64,000 nt of DNA from the sequence record PV544171.1. One strand, 5' to 3'. The notes below the pieces were generated by a model. It was given only the letters and a program-made list of their open reading frames with translations, searched no databases and was not told the origin of the DNA. This stretch comes from Enterococcus phage AllMyExes. Position 1 is the stretch's first letter. Each line of letters begins with the position of its first letter. The translations under genes and the position numbers were made by a program. This document shows, one piece after another, positions 54,409-64,000 of this stretch.

Positions 54409-54831
54409 ATGGCTAGTGTTGGAAATCAAACAGTCCACACAGGTAACACAGTTTACCTAATGATTGGTAATAAAATTATCGGTCGTGCGCAATCTGCATC
54501 AGGTGAGCGCCAATATGGTACACAAGGTATCTATGAAATCGGTAGTATTATGCCACAAGAACACGTATACTTGAAATATGAAGGTACAATTACTTTAGAA
54601 CGTATGCGTATGAAAAAAGAAGACTTAGCAAGTTTAGGAATTACAGCGTTAGGTGAAGACATCTTGCAACGTGATATTATTGACATCGTAATGATGGACA
54701 ATTTAACTAAAGAAATCGTAGTAGCTTATCGTGGTTGCTCTGCAATTTCTTACTCAGAGTCATTCACAGCTAACGAAGTTACATCAGAATCAACCCAATT
54801 CACATACCTAACCTCAGCTAAAGTAAAATAA
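54409..54831 (+). CDS. Tail tube protein (by size and position).
   Basis: 140 aa after the sheath gene, with a terminator after it. Confidence 0.5.
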   Translation: MASVGNQTVHTGNTVYLMIGNKIIGRAQSASGERQYGTQGIYEIGSIMPQEHVYLKYEGTITLERMRMKKEDLASLGITALGEDILQRDIIDIVMMDNLTKEIVVAYRGCSAISYSESFTANEVTSESTQFTYLTSAKVK

Positions 54832-54839
54832 CAATAATG

Positions 54840-54876
54840 TTAACCACCCACATTGTATGGGTGGTTATTTTATGTT
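54840..54876 (+). terminator. Rho-independent terminator.
   Basis: aaccacccacattgtatgggtggtt followed by attttatgtt. Confidence 0.7.
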
Positions 54877-54920
54877 ATAATATATTCATTGAATAAAAAA
54901 GCTTAAGGAGGACGTTATTA

Positions 54921-55070
54921 GTGAAATATCCATATTTAGTAGAATTGTATGCAAAACATGTAATTAGAGATGCAGGGTACATAGAAAATGTACCACCAGT
55001 TATTTATGAAGATGTTGTGAAACGTGTTGAAGAAATAAAAAGAGAAGAAAACTTAACAATAGATTAATTA
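54921..55070 (+). CDS. Small protein, 49 aa, GTG start, not in the ORF track.
   Basis: AAGGAGG RBS at optimal spacing. Confidence 0.45.
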
Positions 55071-55082
55071 GTATAAGTTTAA

Positions 55083-55117
55083 ATAGACCTAATTCAGATA
55101 TGGGTCTATTTTTTTTG
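55083..55117 (+). terminator. Rho-independent terminator.
   Basis: atagacc-taattcagatat-gggtctat followed by tttttttt. Confidence 0.7.
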
Positions 55118-55144
55118 CCACTATAAATACAAATAACTAGATAG

Positions 55145-55173
55145 TGTGGTATAATAAAGATAGTGCTATATTA
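55145..55173 (+). promoter_or_regulatory. Tandem promoter elements TGTGGTATAAT and TGCTATATTA.
   Basis: Both motif types lie side by side 30-55 bp upstream of the start at 55203. Confidence 0.5.
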
Positions 55174-55202
55174 ATTTATGAGTAAACTAGGAGGAAATAA
55201 TA

Positions 55203-55676
55203 ATGACAGAAAATAATGAAAAGGTATTTACACCTACCCCAAATTTATCACGTGAGCAATTAATAGAAAAGTTGCAACGTGGAGAAAACTTGACGGATGA
55301 AGAAGTAAATATTTTGAAATATTACAATGATGCAGAAGAACGTAAACAGTTAGATAGAATTATCCCGGGTGTTAATGATGTATTTTCTAAGCATTACAAC
55401 TTAAAAGAATATGGTTTAGAATTTGATATTAAAATAAAAGCACCTAATATTATCGAAAACGGTAAAATTCAGGCAAGAAGAGAAGCCTATTTAGAAGGCA
55501 TGGGAATGGCAGTTAGCAACTTTATTTTCCAAAGTTACCAAATGTTAGCAACTATTCGAGTATGTGGGGTAGAGGTACCAGAAGTATTAGCTGATGATGA
55601 AAAAATTTATAATTTATATGTATTAGGAGTAATCGCAAAGGACTATGGTGAATGGCTAAACTCCTTTCGATACTAG
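55203..55676 (+). CDS. Putative tail assembly chaperone (by position).
   Basis: First of two ORFs preceding the tape-measure gene. Confidence 0.4.
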   Translation: MTENNEKVFTPTPNLSREQLIEKLQRGENLTDEEVNILKYYNDAEERKQLDRIIPGVNDVFSKHYNLKEYGLEFDIKIKAPNIIENGKIQARREAYLEGMGMAVSNFIFQSYQMLATIRVCGVEVPEVLADDEKIYNLYVLGVIAKDYGEWLNSFRY

Positions 55677-55743
55677 AGTTAAAGAACTAGGTGGAATAAA
55701 AGCCCTCGTTAGAAATAACTATAGTAGAAATCTATGGGCAATA

Positions 55744-56319
55744 ATGAAAAAATTCAAGGTACTACCGAGTGACCCTGCGTGGCAAAATCTCACAAGTGAC
55801 CAAGTAGAGTGGATTTTATATAACATGGAAAGAGACATAGAAGAGCAAGAACGACTAGCTAAAGGAATGCAGTTAGAAAGTGAGTTCCAAGACTATGACG
55901 ATTCATGGTATGATAAACCACATGATGAGTTCTCTCCAATTCGTGAAGGTGACGATGAGGAAGAAATTGCTCGTAAACTTAGTGAAATCACAAGTGAGGA
56001 AGACATGGCTAAACTTAAAGCTCGTTGGGAGGCAAGCCAAGAAGTTGATGCTATCCGTGCAGAAGGTGGAACAACAATTGAAGAAGATACGATTAACGAA
56101 CTTATTGCTAACAATGTTAAAAAAGCAATGGAAGAGGCTAGACGTATTGAGAAACATGGTGGAAACAAATGGCAAGAGAAATCATCAATTGAGTTAGAAG
56201 AGGAACGTAAGAACCTAGAGTTTAACTCACAGTTGAAACAAGGAGATATTCAGGAGGCTATCGATTTGTTTAACAAAGATGTCGAGCCAACATCATTAGA
56301 TGACGAATTTCAAATTTAA
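55744..56319 (+). CDS. Acidic putative tail assembly chaperone (by position).
   Basis: Acidic 191-aa protein directly upstream of the tape-measure gene. Confidence 0.4.
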   Translation: MKKFKVLPSDPAWQNLTSDQVEWILYNMERDIEEQERLAKGMQLESEFQDYDDSWYDKPHDEFSPIREGDDEEEIARKLSEITSEEDMAKLKARWEASQEVDAIRAEGGTTIEEDTINELIANNVKKAMEEARRIEKHGGNKWQEKSSIELEEERKNLEFNSQLKQGDIQEAIDLFNKDVEPTSLDDEFQI

Positions 56320-56357
56320 GGGTAGGGTATTCCCTGCCCTTTACTTGTAAAGGAAGT

Positions 56358-59300
56358 GTGGAAATGAGCAACAATTATCGTTTTTATGTTGAGGCAATGA
56401 CTGGGGATGCTGTTGCAAAACTTAATGAAATAGACAAGTTAATGGATAAAATTGATTCAAAGAGTGCAAAGGGCACCCAGAATTTTTTCCATACAAGTCA
56501 GAAAGACATTGATAAAGCTGTTGAGGAAATGCAAAAGCTTATCAAGGCAAAAAAAGAACTAGATAGAGCTTTTGACAATCAGAAGATAAATGCAGAAAGC
56601 ATGGGAGATATGACAGCATATAAACGTGCTGTATCGGATGCAGAAGAACTAACTAGAAGATTTAACAAGACACAAAAAGAATTTCAAAATCATGCTAGAA
56701 TGCAAGCTAACCCTAACTACATAAATGCTAGTACATTAAGGCAACAAAAAGCATTTCGTGATGAACTAACAGAGCAAGAGAGAGCAATAAGAAATATCTC
56801 TAGGGCACAACAGGAGCTAAACAGGGTGAACTCTAGGGTTAACCACCGTGCAAACCAAGCAAGTGCAACAGGAAGAATGACTTACAATCAGTCAGAGAGT
56901 ATGAAGCGTGACCTTAGACGTACTGGTGTATTTGAAAGCCTAGGCGCAGAAAATAAAAGCAGACAGCAAGAGCTACGAGAACGATATAAACAGAGACAAG
57001 AAGAACTAGCAGAGACTAGAAGTAATACAAATTTAGATAGACAAGTTCGTAAGAATAGGGAAACTAGTATTCAGGCTGAGATAAAAGAAATTGAGAAAGA
57101 AATTGAAGCTAGAAAACGCCTAGCAGACTCTATTAAAGAGACTGTAGAGAACTTAAAATCTAAGGAAGCTTCACTAAATGCATCTGATATAAAAGTAGAT
57201 GCTGATAGAAAGAGTATTCGTGGTGTTCTAGCTGAGCGTGCGCCTTCTATATCAATGGCTATGCTAGGAGGTACCGCCGCCGCCATAGGTGGTTTATACG
57301 CAAAAGGAGCAACTGCTAACGCAGGTATGCGTGATGCATCTATTTCTTTAGGACAACGTACAGGTACTAGTGATTTCCGTGCACTAAGAAAAAGTATGCA
57401 AGAGATGGGTATTGAGAAACAGTTAGGCTATAAAGGCGCTGACATGTTACAATTCCAAGAAGATGCATTAAGTAATATTGGGTTTACAAGTAAAGAGGAC
57501 TTAGCAGGAAGTACAAGAGCCTTAGCAGAGGGTTCAAGAGCAGTTCCAGTAGATAATGAGACTTTAAGTGACTTTATGAATAGTCAAATGAAGAGTGGAG
57601 CTATTAGTGGTAGAGACCAAATTAAGAATATTCAAGAAGGTTTCTTGGGTGCTATTCAGCGCTCAGGGATGGCAGGTCGTGAGAAAGAACAACTAGAAGC
57701 TCTTAAAACATTAAGTGAGCAAAGCTTTACTGGTCGTAACGGAAGTAATCAAGAGCTTAAAGAACAAATGGCAATGTTAACAATGCTAAACCAAACAGGT
57801 AAGCGTGCTGTCCAAGGTGAACAAGGAGCACAACTAATGTCAAGTTTATCTGCAGGTATTCAAGGTAGCGTATGGAATAATAAGGCATCTTTACTTTTAG
57901 GTAAAGGGACACAATTCCAAGGACTAGCAGGAATGTACGACTTAAAAGCTATGCAAGAACAAGGAGCAACGCCAGAGAACTTACAGAAAATTATTGGCAG
58001 TGTCCAACAATCAGTTCCCGGTGACGAAAAGTCTCAGAAGTATGCTTTCGGTAGTGCTTTACACGAACTATTCGGTACAGATGCTAAGAATGACCAAATA
58101 GATGCAATTTGGGAGGCTTATGCCAACGGTGGTTTAAGTCAGGATAACGTAGACAGAATAATGAATGAAAGCCAATCTACAGGAAAAGGCAAATACGACA
58201 AGAACATAGAAGACTATGCAAACTCTAAAGAAGGAACCGCTAACCGTTCAGAAGCTGTTACAGAGAAACAAGCTTCACAGATTAACGATATGGGGGACAT
58301 CTTAAGAGAAACTAACTCTAAATTAGGAGCACTTCCTCCTGCGTTATATGCGTTAGGAGCAGGCTTAGGAGCTATGGCTGTTTCACTAGCCACATCAGGC
58401 TCTATTGGTGGTTTATCTAGTTTAATCAAAAAAGGAACTCGTTCTACTTTTAGTACAGGTGGAGGAGTAACTGCAGGGGGCGGATTTTTAAAATCAGCTA
58501 AAGAAGCATTCTCTGCAGGTAAAGGCTCTGGCGGATGGTTCCAAGGTATTAAAAATGTAGGTAGTGTAGCTAAGGACTCCGCAATGGGTGTCGGAGCTAA
58601 GGCTGTTGAAGGAGCAAAAGGACTAAAAGGTGCCGGAATGGGCAGTAAGGTTCTTGGTGGCTTAGGAAAAGCAGGTAAATTCCTAGGCAAAGTTGCAACC
58701 CCTCTAGCGATAGGTTCCTCTCTACTAGATATTGCAACCGCAGATGATAAAACAAAGGCGGTAGGGGAGAGTGTTGGAGCTATTGGTGGAGGTATCGGAG
58801 GAGCTAAGTTAGGGGCAATGATTGGTACATTTATTGCACCCGGTCTTGGTACAGGTATCGGAGGAGCTATTGGTGGAGGTATCGGCGCCATAGGAGGTAC
58901 TCTAGCAGGTTCTAAACTAGGCGGTAAATTTGTTGATGGTGTTCGTAAATTCTTCGGAGGAGAAGAAGCTTATGCGGAAGAAGCAGACTTAACTGCAGGG
59001 CAAGATGTTGCTTCTGGTCAAGAGAGTAAATCAGGAGTACAAGAAGCCAGAGACACGGCTAACAAACGAGTCCTATCTGAGAAAACACGTGCAGAGAATA
59101 ACGCAGAAGAGTCCGCCAATCTCTCTATCTATTCTAAGTTATTAGATAGAGCCCAACGTATACTAAACCAAGCAAAAAATCAAAACGGTATATTCGGTAA
59201 CTCAGGGAGCTCTAAAGATTCTTCTGATGGAATGGGTTCAGATGCTTCTAGTAAAGACTTTGGAGGAGACTGGGAGAAAGCCATTAGGCAAGCATCTAAG

Positions 59301-60020
59301 AAAATGGGAGTAGATGTTTCTGACGATGAAATAGATACAATACTTAGATTGATTCAGGCGGAGTCTAGTGGTGACGAGAGTGCTGTTCAACAGATAATTG
59401 ATGAGAACAACTTCAATGGCAATGGCGGAGCTAAAGGTTTGTTACAGTATGTCCAAAGTACTTTTGATGCATACAAAGTAGACGGTCATGACAACATAAT
59501 GAGCGGGTATGACCAATTGCTAGCTTTCTTTAATAATAGTAATTGGAAAAATGACCTAAATTCTTGGGATAGCCGTTATCAAAACGGTGGTACAGGATGG
59601 GGTCCTACTGGTAATAAAACTAGAGCGATGGGCGGACACATAACTAGCCCAGAGTATGCGCTACTGGGAGAGGTAGCAGGTCAAGATGAGTATGTTATAA
59701 ATCCTAGTCAGCCAACAGCTCCACGTTTATTAGCAGAAGCTACTAGAAAAACAGCTCAAAACTTCCGATTAACAGGTAACGGTTCTGGTCATGATTGGGG
59801 AGCTTCAATTTCTAAAATAAATGCAACAGGAGGAGCTCAATCAGGTTCAGCTCCTACGATGACAAATACAAATGAGGTATCAGTTAATGTCACCATACAA
59901 GGTGGGGGAACAAGTGATAGTATAGCTAGAGAAATTGGTGATAAGTCAGCAGGAATTATCAGCAAAACACTCGATGCCACCTTCACAGATTTCTTCGCAA
60001 AAGAATACAGGAGAGTGTAG
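56358..60020 (+). CDS. Tail tape-measure protein with a C-terminal lytic transglycosylase (SLT) domain.
   Basis: 1220 aa; N-terminal coiled coil; central Gly-rich transmembrane-like GxxxG repeats; C-terminal ESSGDESAVQQ...GAKGLLQYVQSTF, which is the SLT catalytic-Glu motif. Confidence 0.8.
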   Translation: MEMSNNYRFYVEAMTGDAVAKLNEIDKLMDKIDSKSAKGTQNFFHTSQKDIDKAVEEMQKLIKAKKELDRAFDNQKINAESMGDMTAYKRAVSDAEELTRRFNKTQKEFQNHARMQANPNYINASTLRQQKAFRDELTEQERAIRNISRAQQELNRVNSRVNHRANQASATGRMTYNQSESMKRDLRRTGVFESLGAENKSRQQELRERYKQRQEELAETRSNTNLDRQVRKNRETSIQAEIKEIEKEIEARKRLADSIKETVENLKSKEASLNASDIKVDADRKSIRGVLAERAPSISMAMLGGTAAAIGGLYAKGATANAGMRDASISLGQRTGTSDFRALRKSMQEMGIEKQLGYKGADMLQFQEDALSNIGFTSKEDLAGSTRALAEGSRAVPVDNETLSDFMNSQMKSGAISGRDQIKNIQEGFLGAIQRSGMAGREKEQLEALKTLSEQSFTGRNGSNQELKEQMAMLTMLNQTGKRAVQGEQGAQLMSSLSAGIQGSVWNNKASLLLGKGTQFQGLAGMYDLKAMQEQGATPENLQKIIGSVQQSVPGDEKSQKYAFGSALHELFGTDAKNDQIDAIWEAYANGGLSQDNVDRIMNESQSTGKGKYDKNIEDYANSKEGTANRSEAVTEKQASQINDMGDILRETNSKLGALPPALYALGAGLGAMAVSLATSGSIGGLSSLIKKGTRSTFSTGGGVTAGGGFLKSAKEAFSAGKGSGGWFQGIKNVGSVAKDSAMGVGAKAVEGAKGLKGAGMGSKVLGGLGKAGKFLGKVATPLAIGSSLLDIATADDKTKAVGESVGAIGGGIGGAKLGAMIGTFIAPGLGTGIGGAIGGGIGAIGGTLAGSKLGGKFVDGVRKFFGGEEAYAEEADLTAGQDVASGQESKSGVQEARDTANKRVLSEKTRAENNAEESANLSIYSKLLDRAQRILNQAKNQNGIFGNSGSSKDSSDGMGSDASSKDFGGDWEKAIRQASKKMGVDVSDDEIDTILRLIQAESSGDESAVQQIIDENNFNGNGGAKGLLQYVQSTFDAYKVDGHDNIMSGYDQLLAFFNNSNWKNDLNSWDSRYQNGGTGWGPTGNKTRAMGGHITSPEYALLGEVAGQDEYVINPSQPTAPRLLAEATRKTAQNFRLTGNGSGHDWGASISKINATGGAQSGSAPTMTNTNEVSVNVTIQGGGTSDSIAREIGDKSAGIISKTLDATFTDFFAKEYRRV

Positions 60021-60058
60021 GGGCTTAATGTCTCTACTTTTCTCTAAGGAGGTTTATA

Positions 60059-63000
60059 ATGTCAGTAGAGTTAAGATACCCGAGATTTGATTTAACTTTT
60101 TTTACAGAGACAGACAACTACCATATAGTTTATGATGCAAAAGATGGGCTTACTGGACGTAATAACAATAACGGTGAAACAGAGAAGGTAAGCAATAATT
60201 TTATGGCAGAGTCTGTAATTAGTTTAACTACAAAAAATGCTTTAGAAGATGATAGTGCAGTCTTCTCCTTCGTATTAGCAGGGGATGTGTATTGGGATAG
60301 AGTGCTAAATGCTAATGATGCAGTTATTCTTAAAATAGACCCAGATACTTCCTCCACTAAAAAATCAGATAACCCTGTACTACTAGTTGGCTTAATATCT
60401 GAGGTCAGACTAGAGGGTGACTATGGAGAGAACTCTAAGATGTACAGGATAACAGGACAGTCTTTTGCAAAGGCATTAATGCAGTTCGACTTAGGTGTTA
60501 TTCAGGAAGTAAGTGTAGTTTTGACAGACTTAGGTTGGTTACCTGACGATGCACAAGAAGGTATAAAAATGTCTGGTAGTAGTGCAAGTCAAATAGCAGA
60601 AAGCCTAATGAAAAGATTTTTACAATATATGAAATTTAATTTTAATGGTCAAGGTATAGATAAGTTCTTAGAATGGGAACTAGATAGTTGGACAGAGGCG
60701 GAGAGACTAATAGATAGTACCCCTTACATAAACTATGAAGGTTCTTTAAAACAACTTATAGACGATGTAACCGCTAAACCGTTTAATGAATTGTATTTCG
60801 ATGCAACACCAGAGGGGAAATGCAGAATGATTATGCGTAGAACCCCATTTGATAAATCTGATTGGGAAAAATTACAAACCTACACAGTAACATCTGCAGA
60901 AGTAATATCCGAATCTGTAGCAGTTAACGATACAGAAGCTTACTCTATATTTAACATATCTATTAACAATTTGTATGGGACTGACTCTATGATGTTAGGT
61001 TCTAAACCACAAGTATTCCCTGATTTAGTTTCTAAATATGGTTATAAGAAACTAGAAGTACCTAATAGGTATTTAGAAGGGGCAATTATCGATAAGAGTA
61101 ACAGTGGAGATAAAGCTAACACAAAACCCGAAAGTGATAATGATAGTAAAGAGAGCGATGGCTCAACAGCTAAACAGATGTTTGACAGAGAGTACGCTCT
61201 TGTCTTAAACTATCTAAAAGGGTATCCTGTTGATGTGCTAAGAGTTAAAAAAAGTAATGTAAGAACATCAATAACACAAGTAGATAGACGTATAACAGAT
61301 AACGAAGCAGATAAAATTATAGACCACTATATTACAAATCAAGCATTAAGTAAGGAAGATTTTTCTAAATTTACAGGAATAACTGAGGAGAATATAGAAG
61401 AGGGTAACGGTAAGGTAGAGCCTACATATACCGCAGTTAGGGATTTCCTTAATGGGTTAGATAAAAACCTAGGAGTATCTAGCATAAAAGAGAAATTAAT
61501 GAACTACTTCAATTTGATACCTAACCAAGCCACGTCTATTGCTAGTGAATACAAAGCGCAAGGTAACTTAGGTAAACTAAAATATGAAGAAATAATGGAG
61601 AATAACCCAAGTGATAGCTCAACCGTCACTGGTTCAGACAAACGATTTGTTTCTGAGTTTACTAAAAGACTAGCAAATTGGTACTGTGAAAACGCTAATT
61701 TCTACAGTGGAGACATTGTAGTTAAAGGTGACCCTAAATATAGATTAGGTAACCGTTTGTTTGTTCAAGATGAGCAAAATGGTGAGTTGTGGGAATACTA
61801 CATAGAATCAGTAGAACACTCGTTTTCCTATACACAAGGGTATATCACTACTCTTGGGGTCACTAGAGGTTTACAAAATGGAGGAAACGATAGATTCACT
61901 CATTTATGGGGTAAATCTGAGGACTTCTCCGGAGGTATGCTAGGTGAGAAAACCTTACAAGCACTACTAGATGAACAAGCAGAGGCAAACAGCAAAAATG
62001 ATGGGGGCTCTGATAGTGGAGGTAGCTCAGGTAAAGAGTACACAGCAGGTGCAGGAACTCAGCTAGCGGTATTCCCATTAGACGTAATTAATGTAACTCA
62101 GGGAGAAAATGGCGGATACAGCCACATGGGAGCACTTGCAATAGACTTTTCAGATGGTACTCCTCATAAACCTTACTATGCACCATTTGACTGTGAATGT
62201 GTGTACACTGACTCTTACTCAGGGGTTGCATGGCAATCTCAAAAGCCTGTTAAATGTGTAGATGGTAGCGTTACTTACGTAACACTATTATGCGTACACG
62301 ACAACAACTGGGCAAGCAACAAAGTAGGGGATAAGAAAGCTAAAGGGGAAGTAATAGGGCACTCAGGGACTGCAGGACAAGCATCAGGAGACCATGCCCA
62401 CTTCGAGGTGTCTAAAGGTAAATGGCAAGGTTGGAGCACAAGCAGTGCGGGAGTTTACTTTATAAAAAATCCTTCTCATTTATACGATGTATTTTCTATA
62501 AAAAATAATGTAACTGGAAAAACAACTAAAATTATGAATGGTGGAGGGTACAATTGGCGTAGTATAGACTGGGACGATAAATCTGGTTCAGGTTCTGGAA
62601 AGAAAAAGACAGTTGGTGCTAGAGCCATGGCTACTCCATTCGGATTCCGTATGATGCGTAGCGCTCCGGTAGAACCAGAAGAGCCGAAAGTTGTTAAACA
62701 AGTAGAAACTAAAACAGTTGTTGAAAAGAAACCAAAAGTAGAAGTTAAAAAGCTCCCAATACTTTATGGGAATAACATTGCCACAGAAGCAACTAAATGG
62801 GGAAGAGCTCACTCGAAAACAGAGTCCACATTCCAATCTGCATTCAATTTTGGAGCTAATACAGATAAAGACCCATTTGAGGAAGACATTATAGCAACAG
62901 ACAGTGCAGGATTTGTTTGGTGGTGTTTCTACCATGCGGGCATATCACTATCTGGTGGAGCTAGAATGGTCACCACTCGTTCACTACTTTATGATAACCA

Positions 63001-63244
63001 ATTACAAACTATCTCTACTAGAGGTCAGAAGTCTTTAGAGTTATTTGATAAGATGAAGGTAGGAGATTTAGTTTGGTTTAACAGAGCTAGTCATGTAGGG
63101 ATATATTGTGGTGAGGGCAAGATGGTCTCTTGTAATGGAAAAGGTAACATGGATGAGTCCCCAAAAACAGGTATTGTTATTGTCGACATGTCTAAAGGTT
63201 ATTGGTGGAACGCTTTTGACGGAAATGTACGTAGATATAAATAA
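60059..63244 (+). CDS. Tail-associated lysin/hub protein with M23 peptidase and NlpC/P60 (CHAP-like) domains.
   Basis: M23 motifs HMGALAIDFSD and GDHAHFEV; Cys-His hydrolase motifs GFVWWCFYHAG and HVGIYCGEGKMVSCNG. Confidence 0.7.
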   Translation: MSVELRYPRFDLTFFTETDNYHIVYDAKDGLTGRNNNNGETEKVSNNFMAESVISLTTKNALEDDSAVFSFVLAGDVYWDRVLNANDAVILKIDPDTSSTKKSDNPVLLVGLISEVRLEGDYGENSKMYRITGQSFAKALMQFDLGVIQEVSVVLTDLGWLPDDAQEGIKMSGSSASQIAESLMKRFLQYMKFNFNGQGIDKFLEWELDSWTEAERLIDSTPYINYEGSLKQLIDDVTAKPFNELYFDATPEGKCRMIMRRTPFDKSDWEKLQTYTVTSAEVISESVAVNDTEAYSIFNISINNLYGTDSMMLGSKPQVFPDLVSKYGYKKLEVPNRYLEGAIIDKSNSGDKANTKPESDNDSKESDGSTAKQMFDREYALVLNYLKGYPVDVLRVKKSNVRTSITQVDRRITDNEADKIIDHYITNQALSKEDFSKFTGITEENIEEGNGKVEPTYTAVRDFLNGLDKNLGVSSIKEKLMNYFNLIPNQATSIASEYKAQGNLGKLKYEEIMENNPSDSSTVTGSDKRFVSEFTKRLANWYCENANFYSGDIVVKGDPKYRLGNRLFVQDEQNGELWEYYIESVEHSFSYTQGYITTLGVTRGLQNGGNDRFTHLWGKSEDFSGGMLGEKTLQALLDEQAEANSKNDGGSDSGGSSGKEYTAGAGTQLAVFPLDVINVTQGENGGYSHMGALAIDFSDGTPHKPYYAPFDCECVYTDSYSGVAWQSQKPVKCVDGSVTYVTLLCVHDNNWASNKVGDKKAKGEVIGHSGTAGQASGDHAHFEVSKGKWQGWSTSSAGVYFIKNPSHLYDVFSIKNNVTGKTTKIMNGGGYNWRSIDWDDKSGSGSGKKKTVGARAMATPFGFRMMRSAPVEPEEPKVVKQVETKTVVEKKPKVEVKKLPILYGNNIATEATKWGRAHSKTESTFQSAFNFGANTDKDPFEEDIIATDSAGFVWWCFYHAGISLSGGARMVTTRSLLYDNQLQTISTRGQKSLELFDKMKVGDLVWFNRASHVGIYCGEGKMVSCNGKGNMDESPKTGIVIVDMSKGYWWNAFDGNVRRYK

Positions 63245-63271
63245 CCCTATTTTTTAGGGTTATTTTTTTTG
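63243..63271 (+). terminator. Rho-independent terminator.
   Basis: aaccctatttttt/agggtt followed by attttttttg. Confidence 0.6.
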
Positions 63272-63291
63272 TATAGGTAGTTTTTAGTTAT

Positions 63292-63303
63292 TGTGCTATA
63301 ATA
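63292..63303 (+). promoter_or_regulatory. Late-promoter motif TGTGCTATAATA.
   Basis: Consensus family copy upstream of the next tail gene. Confidence 0.45.
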
Positions 63304-63328
63304 GATAATGAGGACACATGATGAGAGG

Positions 63329-64000
63329 ATGAATAAATTGGTAAAACGTAGATTTCAAGCAGGTCTAGGCTCAGAAATTAAAAGAGTATATAAAGAAGGA
63401 CAACAAATTAACACGCTACTATTAGCACAAGTAATTCAAGTAAACTATAAATATAATACAGTAGACCTACTAGCTTTACAGCATAAAGAAGTATTTCAAA
63501 ATTCCTATGCAAATGAGGGACGTTTTTCTGCAAGACTTCCTATGGAATTTGGCGGTAGAAACATCGTTGGACAGCCTTATGGACAGGTTAACCCGATAGC
63601 AGTAGGAACAGTAGTACTAGTTGGTTTTATTAATTCCGATAAAGACATGCCTATTGTAATTAGTGTTTATAATAATAACGATGTAAGCAAGCAACTTTCA
63701 AGAACACAATTTTCAAATTCAGACCCTAAAGATTTAGAGTTAATTGGGGATATGCACCAAAAATTTAGTTTATACCCTTCATTGACATATGATAGCGTTG
63801 ATGGAGAAGGAGGACGTGTCGTTACTTTTTCTGGTAAATCATTTATTGCTTTTGATACAAAAGAAGTAGCTAACTCCTCTACAACTGATGCAGGTTATGG
63901 TACTAAGTATGAGGACTTAGAGACATCATACTATAATAATGGTGACCTAATAGAGCCTATGAAAGGTAGAGCACCAAATGTACTGTTTAAGCATCAAGGG
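63329..64000 (+). CDS. Tail/baseplate hypothetical protein, partial. Start is ambiguous (ATG 63308 or 63329, or TTG 63338). Continues past the window end.
   Basis: Open frame to the end of the window, downstream of the tail lysin. Confidence 0.45.
   Translation, partial: MNKLVKRRFQAGLGSEIKRVYKEGQQINTLLLAQVIQVNYKYNTVDLLALQHKEVFQNSYANEGRFSARLPMEFGGRNIVGQPYGQVNPIAVGTVVLVGFINSDKDMPIVISVYNNNDVSKQLSRTQFSNSDPKDLELIGDMHQKFSLYPSLTYDSVDGEGGRVVTFSGKSFIAFDTKEVANSSTTDAGYGTKYEDLETSYYNNGDLIEPMKGRAPNVLFKHQG

Noticed and set aside
55880-56197. Alternative-frame ORFs inside the gene at 55744..56319 (one plus, two minus).
   Set aside because: They overlap an RBS-supported gene with coherent acidic composition. 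The alternative frames are K/L-rich artefacts of GAA/AAG repeats.
58214-58891. 225-aa Pro/Ala-rich ORF on the minus strand.
   Set aside because: Antisense to the Gly-rich (GGN repeat) segment of the tape-measure gene; compositional artefact.

Overview
This window is a slice of a large, AT-rich virulent myophage of a Gram-positive (Firmicutes) host. Gene content and order resemble the SPO1/Twort-like (Herelleviridae-type) phages.

Layout:
- Positions 1-33.8 kb: a minus-strand block of about 70 small early/middle genes. Most are hypothetical and many are translationally coupled. The block includes a class Ib ribonucleotide reductase operon (nrdH-nrdE-nrdF), a ThyA-family enzyme, an SPFH protein, two metallophosphoesterases, a NADAR protein, an AAA+ ATPase, an HTH regulator, and several paralogous families.
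- Positions 27.6-32.3 kb: a minus-strand tRNA island with at least 9 tRNAs plus tRNA-like oddities, large ORF-free segments and long inverted repeats.
- Positions 32.4-32.75 kb: an AT-rich tandem repeat element.
- Positions 33.9-64 kb: after a strand switch, a plus-strand late structural module. Its order is: a large-terminase gene split by two related group I introns, each encoding a homing endonuclease; endolysin amidase; secreted LysM/lysozyme-like protein; portal; prohead protease; scaffold-like acidic protein; major capsid protein; tail sheath; tail tube; chaperones; tape-measure protein with an SLT domain; and a tail lysin with M23 and NlpC/P60 domains.

Two promoter families are visible. 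On the minus strand there is a sigma-A-like 'GTGTTGAC(A/T)-17 bp-TATAAT-like' family. On the plus strand there is a late 'TG(T/C)GCTATATTA' / 'TGTGGTATAATA' extended -10 family.

All functional calls rest on motifs I could read directly in the translations. No database search was possible.
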